DNA of 64,000 nucleotides from positions 434,001 through 498,000 of the forward strand of contig NW_026782248.1 of NCBI RefSeq assembly GCF_031769215.1, written 5' to 3'. Source of the stretch: Ylistrum balloti (lineage: Eukaryota). A program made the position numbers and the translations under genes. Below the pieces are notes generated by a model. That model searched no databases. It was not told where the DNA came from and saw only the letters and a program-made list of their open reading frames with translations. Shown here in pieces: positions 14,880-26,379 of this stretch (the first letter of the stretch is position 1; each line of letters begins with the position of its first letter).

Positions 14880-15618
14880 CGTTGTTCAACACTTCTACAA
14901 AGCCTTTGTCTAGTTCTCCGCTGACATACATCTGTTTCGGACCAACTCCACATTGCAGCCTCTGGATTTACAGCTCCTTAATGTGATATCGAGTTTTACG
15001 ACGCTCCAAAACTGCCACAGGAAACTGCTCACTTATTCCAAACTGGGTATTACGTAGGAGGTAGCCTCTTTCTAGCACTGATCAGTGATAAATAAATCGA
15101 TCGACTATTGGACGTTTTTCCCCATAAATTAATTTCTTAAAGCAATGAAATTCTATGGTCGATTGTATGCCGAGTTTATAACTTCCTAGATCTTGTCCTC
15201 TGTATTTCAATTTTACTGTTCACGTAGTCCAGAGAATACCCGATTGTCCTTCATAGAACGGCACTGAAGGTCATTGTCCTCCTTCCGGGGAGAAATGAAC
15301 CCTCTCTCTACCATATCCTTATATCGGTGATGTTCTTTCATTTCGCTGTTCAGCTGTCTAATCGTTCCCTCTGTGGTTTCTGATATGGTCTCCACACCAT
15401 CATAAAATACTGATCGCCTCGGCCGATATTTCCAATTCTACTGTCCTCTGTCTAATGCTCGTTATCTCATATTCCAAACCAGTAACTTTACATGCTAGGG
15501 AAGTCACAGAGAATTCAATCTTATCTCTTGTCTTCACTTGAGCTTCGATCGCTCCCAGTCCAGTTTCTAGTCTATTGTCTATTCTCTGAATCATGACCAT
15601 AAAGCCGTCTAACGCCAT
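14880..15618 (-). pseudogene. LINE ORF1 remnant (coiled coil plus RRM/CTD, L1 ORF1/Transposase_22-like)
   Basis: Manual translation across frameshifts gives a coiled-coil segment, DLQCRSMKDNRVFSGLRE, KLGIQSTIEFH, RPIVDRFIY and LRNTQFGISEQFPVAVLERRKT. These are characteristic ORF1 motifs. Confidence 0.8.
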
Positions 15619-18533
15619 GGTTCCTTGTAAGGCCCTTTGGGCCTCTTATAAAGTTGAGATACACTCGACATTGGCCTATATAATACCCGCGCTCCAACAG
15701 ACCGTGACGAAATTTTGTCAATGACCAATGTTCAATGATACAGGAAAACGCACAGGTATACAGTTCTATTGATATACAGGTATAAATATATAAGGTTTTG
15801 TTGTGGACCTTGTCAAAATATACTTTAGACTGTCATCCCACGACAACAGACAACAAAATCATTGCGAAACAGAGTCGGAATTTTCAGAACTCGCGTCTGA
15901 ATAATGCTGTCCTCTCGAAAAACAGGAAAAACGGTGATCCGCTGAGTAAATAACGCCCATCACCATACCGGAACCGGAAGACCAAATCATTAACGGTAAC
16001 TCTCTTATTTGAATATTATAACTTACTCAGCATCTTGTGGGCGACTATCATGAATGTTAACGCTACCACGTGATTGCGTTCATGAATCATTTCATGTCAA
16101 AATGACATCAAGACGTAAACACATCCATTAATGATTTTCTGACCGTTATACAGTTTTTTATGAAAAGAAAATGACCTCACAAAGTTTCTTGAAGAGATCA
16201 ATATCGAATAAATTAATAAAAAAAACAAATAAATAATAAATAAATAAAAATAAAGCATCATCAATCTCCATGAGTGCACGTTAAGTTTATCGTTTCAAAA
16301 GAAGTATAAATTATTGAACCTTCTTGGAACGAGTGGTCGTTTTCAAATAGAGATCTTTGTAAAGTCGATATCAACGCTGAAAATCTTAAAATTTCGTTTC
16401 CGGTGCAGAGCAAACCTAGAATGTAGTAATATATTTTGACATTCCCAGACAGAATAAATAAATTGCCTACTCGATGAACATTTACACAATAAAAAAAACA
16501 TATCGACTTTAGATAGATTTTTTTAGGTTTTAAATTAAAACTACAGAAGACGAGATAAGATTTTACAACGTGCATGCGATTCTCAACGACGAAGAATTAC
16601 GAATGAAAATTAATTTAAAGAAAGTATCGATTTGTTCTATGTCAATAAAGAAGGAATGGCATAACATTCACAGATACAGATCCGTGAAATCCTCCTCTGC
16701 TTCGATCGAAATCTCCAGAGGACTTTCCTTAAAGCCTGCACTTCCTCAAATGTTTTCCTTGCTTCATTATCCAATATAAATGTCATATTTCTACAATTTT
16801 AGATTGTCTTTAAGTGTATTCTGCTTTCGATATATTCTAGCTTGTAATTTCCAGAGTACATAAGACATTTGACAGCTAGAGGTAGAATTACAAGAAACAT
16901 GAGACCCAACAGTGTAAATGTAGTATGTACCTTTATATCAGATGCTTTTAAGTATTTATGACTTTCAATGTAGGTCAAGGTCATTTTTGTTAACAAAACT
17001 ATATTTTACATACAGTAAGTGTAAATATTAATAAATTTATGTTGATTTCACCTGTGTGATCTCTAAATTCTGCCATGGTGATTTTCTTGTACTGCGTTTT
17101 TATCGCGACAATCGTTGTTTTCGATTCATATATATTTTATCAATTCAATATTTTTGACGAAGTAATTTAATATTCATATATATTTTTCTCTTGGGTAACC
17201 ATTGTGATTGTTTTAAATCTATGATAAAATTTCATTTTAAGAACTTGTAATGTGTTAGCAACCTTTTCAGACAACTACGATGAATTTCTTTTTGGGCAAG
17301 ATATTCCCGTGAAAAGAAAACATGACGGTGACATAATTACATATTTTGGTATCTAAGTCAACTTGAAATAACATATATTACAATAACATACCAAGGACAA
17401 CACGCATTCAGGACATATTAGTCATAAATAGAATAGCTTCCTTCTATATGTTTACACAACTAGCATAGAACATAATTGTAAAAATACATTGTACATTCGC
17501 AAGAAAGTTAATACTTTTTAAAATTTGCCATGTAGCTAACAAACTCCAAACATGTAAACCTCGCCTTATCGTTGTTTCCACAGTCCACAAATTAACACGA
17601 ATCATTCCGAACCAGAGTTTGTCACTAGCTTTTATCAGCAAGTCGTGTTATCTGAATTTCACGACATTTATCAAATATAATTTTTCTCCTAAGATTTGCA
17701 AGTAAGCTGAGCGAGATTAATTTCTAAACACGATCCCATAACACATTTATAAAAAAGATATCGAAGTGAATTTTATCGAGGACAGAACAATTTTTTTCTA
17801 TCGACAAGCTCGCCAAAGGATCAATGCTGAGATTTCAGAGGTCGAGTGCTATTTATTCTTACGAATCAAATGACCTCCCTTCGTAACGTTTTTAAGCCTG
17901 ATAATTCAGTAATTTAGGATGATCAATCTCTCTGATTACAACTGTTAGTGCTAATGGTTTGAGTTGCGTAATATAGAAAACCGTGTAGAAACTACATCGA
18001 AAGGGTTTAATATTTAATTAAGATAAAATCTTTATCACGAAATTCAAAGTTCGATCACCACATCCATCATGCGCTGGGGAAATTGCGTCATAATCAGCTA
18101 GACATCGCTTAAGTCCTTAATATGCCTTCTTCTGTAAAGGCGAAAAGAAAAGAGAAAGCTGTAATAAAACTCATATCTAGGACGTCCGGGTGAGGAACAG
18201 GTGATGGGTGTCCGGTAAGGGAGGGGAAGGGGTTGCTGGAGAGAGACACAACGCATAAAAAGAAGTAGCGAGGGAATGGGCTAATCGAATTATCTGTGTT
18301 CCTTTACTGTTCCTGTTGACCTGTAAATAAACATTGACATTTGGAGGCGGGCCCCTTTTAGTAGCTGGTAGCTAACTCATCGAACAACATACGGGAGGCG
18401 CGTTGCATTCTATTCAGAGGTATTCGGAGCAAAGTGTCTCGTTAAGGGCGGCAACCACGACAGGATAAACGGATTCGAATTTCAGTTCCACAAGAAAAAC
18501 ACAAAATATTCTCCAGGGCAATGATCTCGAATT

Positions 18534-18631
18534 TTATTTTGGAGTTGAAGGGAAATCGGGTGTAGGAAGGAGTCTCCGACCTCGTGACATATAACATCTA
18601 ACATTGTATCCACTAAATGAAATATCCAATC
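18534..18631 (-). CDS. Candidate terminal coding exon (..LDISFSGYNVRCYMSRGRRLLPTPDFPSTPK*), product unknown
   Basis: Acceptor tgtgttttactgtccaatacAG at 18633-18632, then a phase-1 frame open to TAA at 18536-18534. No recognised homology. Confidence 0.25.
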
Positions 18632-18664
18632 CTGTATTGGACAGTAAAACACAATAATACACGA

Positions 18665-20020
18665 GACAGGTGTGTACATAAGTGTCCAGTGTAAAACAGA
18701 TTTACCCAGGCGACAGGTGTGGACATTGCATATAGTCAGTGTAAAACAACCTAGCCAGGTGACGGGTTTGTACAAAAGTGAACAGTGTAAAACAGACTTA
18801 CCCAGGTGACAGGTGTGGACATTGCATATAGTCAGTTTAAAACAACCTAGCCAGGTGACGGGTTTGTACAAAAGTGAACAGTGTAAAACAGACTTACCCA
18901 GGTGACAGGTGTAGACATTGCATATAGTCAGTATAAAACAACCTAACCAGGTGACGGGTTTGTACAGAAGTGAACAGTGTAAAACAGACTTACCCAGGTG
19001 ACAGGTGTGGACATTGCATATAGTCAGTATAAAACAACCTAGCCAGGTGACGGGTTTGTACAAAAGTGAACAGTGTAAAACAGACTTACCCAGGTGACAG
19101 GTGTGGACATTGCATATAGTCAGTATAAAACAACCTAGCCAGGTGACGGGTTTGTACAAAAGTGAACAGTGTAAAACAGACTTACCCAGGTGACAGGCGT
19201 GGACATTGCATATAGTCAGTGTAAAGCAACCTAGCCAGGTGACGGGTTTGTACAAAAGTGAACAGTGTAAAACAGACTTACCCAGGTGACAGGTGTGGAC
19301 ATTGCATATAGTCAGTATAAAACAACCTAGCCAGGTGACGGGTTTGTACAAAAGTGAACAGTGTAAAACAGACTTACCCAGGTGACAGGTGTGGACATTG
19401 CATATAGTCAGTATAAAACAACTTAGCCAGGTGACGGGTTTGTACAAAAGTGAACAGTGTAAAACAGACTTACCCAGGTGACAGGTGTGGACATTGCATA
19501 TAGTCAGTGTAAAACAACCTAGCCAGGTGACGGGTTTGTACAAAAGTGAACAGTGTAAAACAGACTTACCCAGGTGACAGGTGTGGACATTGCATATAGT
19601 CAGTATAAAACAACCTAGCCAGGTGACGGGTTTGTACAAAAGTGAACAGTGTAAAACAGACTTACCAAGGTGACAGGTGTAGACATTGCATATAGTCAGT
19701 ATAAAAACCTAACCAGGTGACGGGTTTGTACAGAAGTGAACAGTGTAAAACAGACTTACCCAGGTGACAGGTGTGGACATTGCATATAGTCAGTATAAAA
19801 CAACCTAGCCAGGTGACGGGTTTGTACATAAATGGACAGTGTAAAACAGACTTATCCAGGTGACAGGTGTGGACATTGCATATAGTCAGTATAAAACAAC
19901 CTAGCCAGGTGACGGGTTTGTACATACGTAGTCAGTGTAAAACATACTTACTCAGGTGACAGGTGTTGACATCTGTACATACGTGGTCATTGTAAACAAA
20001 CTTACTCAGGTGACGAGTGT
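18665..20020. repeat. 96-bp minisatellite (dimer of about 48-bp subunits), about 13 copies with degenerate edges
   Basis: Period of 96 measured (18804 to 18900). Each half begins ccaggtgac. It explains the 385-aa ORF. Confidence 0.95.
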
Positions 20021-20498
20021 ATAAGAAGTATACGTTCATGTTATTACATAAGAAAGCTCTCTAACCTAAAGTACATGACCCTATTATCTTCCTCTTGCAA
20101 GTCATAAACACCCACCACAACATGTTGTGCCTCTAGCTCACATAAATAAGTTTCCAATCCGTGTATGCGTGGGGGAACCTTCTTCAATGTTTTGTACTGT
20201 ACATCAGCTACATATCCAGTATAACTGCATGGTACGATGCGAGCTTGCTCGTGACCTTGTCATACCAACTAGTGACTTAACCGGAAATCATGCGAGGCTT
20301 TCCACATGTAACGACCCAACGAGAAATAAAAACATCAATTTCAGTTAAACATGAAAATTCTGATGAATGGATCTAACTTGAATCAGGAACGCGCCATCAA
20401 GGTGCCCCGCCCATGTTCATTTGCAAAATATTCACATTTGAAGTGAGCAACATGGAAAACTTAAGTATTGAAACCATTTATTGTTTATGTTCAGTTAA

Positions 20499-21758
20499 AG
20501 TGACTATAACGTTAAAAACACTACGAGAAAACGATATAAATCGTTCTATTTTCCAATAGTATGTTACAAAACTAAGACTTTCTGTTTATTACTGAAATTA
20601 AAAGTCGCTGCAACCATTTTATTGATATCTAAAAAATAAAGAATGTAAACATTGCGATCTTGATCTAATTCATACATTACCGCTCGTAACCCTGATGCTG
20701 CGCACGCGTATAAGCCTAGAAAGAAGCAATATGGCGGACGCAAATACGAAAAAGCAACGAGAACATAAACGTTACGTTACAGAAAGTGCCAGAAAGCGTA
20801 AGAGGAAGGAATCAGACCAGAAAAGAGGACAGGTATGAATTTTTATTAGCCAGGAGATCAGGTGGCGAAAGATGAAGGAGGATCTTGGACTGAATACGGA
20901 TCCAGAATTTGCGAAGCTGCTGCTTGACTGGTTAGCTTAACGTCAGTCCTATAATTATAACGTATCCGCCTGTCATTGATTATAATCCAATATCCAGTGT
21001 TTGACGCGTGAATATGTTATGAACAACACTACTAAAAGTATTATATGATAAATGTTGAATGAAAATAGTTGTGTTATTCGCTTGAAATTACTATCGACAA
21101 TGTGTGTTTGACTGCAAGGTGAGGCCAAATTTGGAGTATTCGTTCTAAGTGTAAAAATATGACGGTGCTGGTGTTACTGTAAGAATAACAACCGTGATGA
21201 TAAACATAGCCTTCATAATAAATAGTGCAATATATATTTATGTGTACAGACAAAGTATCAATTCCTTTGCATTTCTGCACAATGAGTTTTTTTCCCCGAT
21301 TATATTTACCCCTTTGGGGCCCCACCATTGACATAGATAATTCTCGCACGACAAAGCCAAAACAAAACGAATTACTATGATTGATTGTTAAAAATTATAC
21401 ATTATGACACTATAGAATAATTTACTACAAAGAAGAATTAGCAGAAAGGCGCAACAGCAAATGTCATGCATAATACATATGCGTTTGTTTACCTCGTAAT
21501 CCAGTATCCATTGCGGCGGAAGTAAATGACTTTGTCACGTGACAAGCCATGTGACCCACTCGGCTTTCCTCGTAATCAACCGAGCGTGAACATGTTTATA
21601 AACACCAGTGAAGGTAAACAATGTTCCGACGGCGAAATTATGTACAAAACAGCAAATTTGACGTTACAGGTCGTGTATCGCTTTATTATGGATATATTTT
21701 ATTATTCATAAGCCGAATTCTCCATTTCCCGATGTTGAAATCTAAGGTAATAGCCGCT
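20499..21758 (+). mobile_element. Non-autonomous Kolobok-like DNA transposon with TTAA target-site duplication
   Basis: TTAA at 20495-98 and 21759-62, AG...CT termini, and imperfect TIRs (ttaaagtgactataacgtt vs ttaaagcggctattacctt, 15/19 including the TSD). Confidence 0.7.
20731..20940 (+). pseudogene. Transposon-protein first-exon remnant inside the Kolobok-like element
   Basis: MADANTKKQREHKRYVTESARKRKRKESDQKRGQV*IFISQEIRWRKMKEDLGLNTDPEFAKLLLD has one internal TGA (20836-38) and a possible GT donor at 20931. It matches the basic ..RWR.LK...G...D...A..LLD motif I recall from transposon-derived proteins. Confidence 0.55.
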
Positions 21759-22009
21759 TTAAAAGTTCGGTTGAAAATGATCAATGTAATATCAATTTAG
21801 TAGCATAACAGTGTGAATATGCAAATCAGCTTATCATACCTTTATATTCCCTCCTTTTACCCAATGTTAATGATAGAATATTTGTCACTTAATTTCAGTG
21901 ATGCTGGATCAATCAATGATTCTATCACCGCTCAAGTAAGACAAAACAGTTTATACACATTAACAAGAAGCCCACGGACCTTAAAGGTCATCTGATTATA
22001 ATGACCTAA

Positions 22010-22960
22010 ATATGAAAGAAGCCAAATAGGCCTAAAATTAATTGTTCAACTACACTACAGCTTACATATAAGGCATTGTTGGTTCACGAAGATATTCTCT
22101 GCAAACTTGAAATAATATTTTGTATACATGCACCACACTAATAACATTACTCTGGACCTATTACTTAATGCAAAAGGAGGTTATTGAGAAGAAGTTGCTT
22201 AAGCATTTAAATTGACCCCTGTGACCTTGACAGGAAATCAAGGTGAACAACTTTGTAAGCCCATTATCCCAGCATGCTAATGGCTCAATATCAGTACCCA
22301 GGACCTTTTTACTTATTAAGAAGTCATTTAAAGATTTTAACATATATGACCCCGGTGACCTTGAAAGCAAGTCAATAATATGAACACATATGGTAGCCCT
22401 TCATCCAAGCATGCTACAGGCCCAATATCAGCACCCCTGGCTTTTGCTTATTAAGAAGAAGTCATTTAAACATTCAAACCAAGGTCAGGGTCATCAATAT
22501 TAACAAGCTTGGTAGCGCTTCATTCTTGCATACTTTATGCCTAATATCAACACCACGGGACATTTGGCTATTGAGAAGTCGTTTAAACATTTCAAGATAT
22601 TTGACCTCTGTGATCTTGAGAGCAAGTCAAGGTCATTCATATTAACAAACATGGTAGTCCTTACGCAAAGCATGCTTCATGCCTATTATCAACCTGTGGG
22701 TTTTGGGTATTGAAAAGAAGTCATTTAAACATTTTGTAATATTTAACCCCTGTGGCCTTCAGAGCATGTCAAGGCCATTCATATAAACAAACGTGGTAGC
22801 CCTTTGTCCCATCATGCTACAGGCCCAATATCAGTAAACTGAGCCTTTTGGTTATTGAGAAAAAAGTCATTTGAATTGAAAGTTTACGCACGGCGGACGG
22901 CGAACGGCGGACGGCGGCGGAGGAAACAAGAAGGCTATTAAAATGTACACGGCTTAAGGA
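22010..22960 (+). mobile_element. Non-autonomous element with about five internal ~140-bp core repeats and an ACGG-type microsatellite end (pearl/HINE-like layout)
   Basis: aagaagtcatttaaa...tgacc...caaggtca...ggtagccct...atatca blocks recur from about 22190 to 22870, followed by aaagtttacgcacggcggacggcgaacggcggacgg. Confidence 0.6.
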
Positions 22961-22997
22961 AGCCTCAAACCTGTATAAAGGAATGCGGATACCCACT

Positions 22998-23085
22998 TAT
23001 ATATATATATATATATGATATTCCGTGTCTCACAGAAATAGCTCCAATCACTCATCATATGTCGGTATATATATATATATATATA
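22998..23085. repeat. Two (TA)n microsatellites
   Basis: Runs at about 22998-23017 and 23067-23085. Confidence 0.9.
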
Positions 23086-24179
23086 GAAAGAATTCGAACC
23101 AAAAGTCTGTGGTCAAAATACGGTCAATGCAAGTATAAAGATGGCATCATCCAGTACAGGTATTAGATCAAAGCAAAGATATCTCGATTACTAACTACAT
23201 TTTTGTGAGGTTTTCAAAGCAATCTGTCTGTATTAATTCATATTGAGGAGAACTAGGAAGACCGGCTGCACTGGATATTTATTACTTAAAAACGAAAACA
23301 TAAAAAAAATATTAGAAGTATGCACTGTTGTCATTGAAGATGCTCAAGCAACCACGAAGAGATATGTACCGTGACCTTCACGATATAAACATGTTGTTAA
23401 CCACATACATCTTTATGAACAAAGTGATTGTTGTAGTCTTGTCGCCGATCGCTTTACGCAAAAGCCTTGATGTGAGAAAAATCATGTAAACCTTAACAAG
23501 AAGTCTATGTATATAACAGGTTAAAATTAGCATGAAATCGACACTGCCTAAAAGCGAACACAACTTCATTAACAAATTATACCTGCATGATTCATGGCTT
23601 CACTGAAGCGTGTTTAAATTGCTAAAGACACTAAATGGTTATGTATTCATTTCATAACTGTTAAAAGCATTATAACACTTAAATATATATTAAAATAGTG
23701 TATTACTGTTAATTGTACTATTAAAAAGTTTGCATAACCGTTTTACAAACAACGTCGTAATTAAAACAATGATAGGAGCGACCTAACACTAATTCATATC
23801 ATTATCGTTCGGAGAGTGTATACAATGTCTTTGCGCATGCAATTTCAGATTTAGATTAATTCAAGTTTGTTAATTTCCCTCTGTCACGCGTATAGCGTAA
23901 AAAAGGTGTCATTTTACAAAGCAAGAATTAAAACATGACTGGCGAATTAGGTTTCGACTATTACATCATTATACAAAGTAAGAAATCTGATCAAAACGAA
24001 GGGTTAAAGCAAGGTTCCGAGAAGTCACGTGATGAACTCGACTACCCCAGCAAAACAGCAATGGGTGGTATGCACAAAAGCGAGAGTCGACTAGCCTTAG
24101 TTTGAAGATGATAATCTTAATCAAAGCACAAAAGCGAGAGTCGACTAGCCTTAGTTTGAAGATGATAATCTTAATCAGG

Positions 24180-25855
24180 GTGAGAGGTCTGTCAAAAACA
24201 CTTGCCAATATACTGAGAGGTCTGTCAAAAACACATGACAGTATACTGAGAGGTCTGTGAAAAACACATGACAGTATACTGAGAGGTCTGTGAAAAACAC
24301 ATGACAGTATACTGAAAGGCCTGTGAAAAACACATGACAGTATACTGAGAGGTCTGTGAAAAACACATGACAGTATACTGAAAGGCCTGTGAAAAGCACA
24401 TGACAGTATACTGAGCGGTCTGTGAAAAACACATGACAGTATACTGAGAGGTCTGTGAAAAACACATGACAGTATACTGAAAGACCTGTGAAAAACACAT
24501 GACAGTATACTGAGAGGTCTGTGAAAAACACATGACAGTATACTGAAAGGCCTGTGAAAAACACATGACAGTATACTGAAAGGCTTGTGAAAAACACATG
24601 ACAGTATACTGAGAGGTCTGTGAAAAACACGTGACAGTATACTGAAAGACCTGTGAAAAACACATGACAGTATACTGAGAGGTCTGTGAAAAACACATGA
24701 CAGTATACTGAGAGTCTGTGAAAAACACATGACAGTATACTGAAAAAAACACATGACAGTATACTGAAAGGCCTGTGAAAAACACAGACAGTATACTGAG
24801 AGGTCTGTGAAAAACACATGACAGTATACTGAAAGGCCTGTGAAAAGCACATGACAGTATAGAGGTCTGTGAAAAACACATGACAGTATACTGAGAGGTC
24901 TGTGAAAAACACATGACAGTATACTGAAAGACCTGTGAAAAACACATGACAGTATACTGAGAGGTCTGTGAAAAACACATGACAGTATACTGAAAGGCCT
25001 GTGAAAAACACATGACAGTGAAAGGCTTGTGAAAAACACATGACAGTATACTGAGAGGTCTGTGAAAAACACGTGACAGTATACTGAAAGACCTGTGAAA
25101 AACACATGACAGTATACTGAGAGGTCTGTGAAAAACACATGACAGTATACTGAGAGGTCTGTGAAAAACACATGACAGTATACTGAAAGGCCTGTGAAAA
25201 GCACATGACAGTATACTGAGCGGTCTGTGAAAAACACATGACAGTATACTGAGAGGTCTGTGAAAAACACATGACAGTATACTGAAAGACCTGTGAAAAA
25301 CACATGACAGTATACTGAGAGGTCTGTGAAAAACACATGACAGTATACTGAGAGGTCTGTCAAAAACACATGACAGTATACTGAAAGGCTTGTGAAAAAC
25401 ACATGACAGTATACTGAGAGGTCTGTGAAAAACACATGACAGTATACTGAAAGGCCTGTGAAAAACACATGACATTATACTGAAAGGCCTGTCAAAAACA
25501 CATGACAGTATACTGAGAGGTCTGTGAAAAACACATGACAGTATACTGAGAGGTCTGTCAAAAATACATGACAGTATACTGAGAGGTCTGTGAAAAACAC
25601 ATGACAGTATACTGAGAGGTCTGTCAAAAACACATGACAGTATACTGAGAGGTCTGTGAAAAACACATGAAAGTATACCGAAAGGCCTGTGAAAAACACA
25701 TGACAGTATACTGAAAGGCCTGTGAAAAACACATGATAGTATACTGAGAGGTCTGTGAAAAACACATGACAGTATACTGAAAGGCTTGTGAAAAACACAT
25801 GACAGTATACTGAAAGGCCTGTCAAAAACACATGACAGTATACTGAAAGACCCTG
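24180..25855. repeat. 33-bp minisatellite, about 50 copies
   Basis: Unit tactgagaggtctgtgaaaaacacatgacagta, period 33. It explains the ORFs at 23969-25867. Confidence 0.97.
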
Positions 25856-26379
25856 AACTTGCGTCAAATGGGAAATAAAAAAATCGAAGATATTTGGTTT
25901 AAAATCACAGCATCATTACCATAGCCGAGTCTGACAAGTTTATAACCCGGCCATTACTGCTCTGGAATTCACATTTCACCAATCCCACTGCGATGAATGA
26001 AACTGTTGTAATTACCCCACCAAGGTCGATAACTCCGCCAGGTCGCCATGGAGAGGTGCCAGGCCCTGAGATTTAACTGATGACAAGGGATTAGGATAGG
26101 CTGACTAACAAGTTTTTGCCAACTGTGAGTTGGCTACAGTTGATATACACAATCACATAGAAAACTACAACAGTTAAATATACGTATCATTAAATAAACA
26201 AATATTGATCTCCTAATTCAATTGTCCTTAAATATCGTCCGCATTCAATTCATGCCACCGTTCCTCTCCAAACCGCTCCTACATATAGGTACTAATACAA
26301 CCAATGTATCGGGAAAATATAGCTTTACAACATACGTGTACGTGAGCTACAAAATACTTGTGGATCACTTTATAACTAT

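Larger units (their letters stand above)
12800..15990 (-). mobile_element. Decayed LINE (CR1/L2-like clade): 5'UTR, ORF1, APE endonuclease and linker; RT not found
   Basis: ORF1 and ORF2 remnants lie in the correct order on the minus strand. The 5' end near 15990 (cttccggttccggtatgg) is approximate. Confidence 0.8.

Noticed and set aside
16640-16790. 49-aa minus-strand ORF MTFILDNEARKTFEEVQALRKVLWRF...
   Set aside because: It looks protein-like but is short, with no acceptor or recognised family.
18482-19925. 385-aa Cys/His-rich ORF resembling a zinc-finger repeat
   Set aside because: It is the 96-bp tandem repeat read in frame, with no C2H2 spacing or linker.
23969-25867. ORFs of 387-499 aa in all three minus frames
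   Set aside because: The stop-free 33-bp repeat unit produces them.
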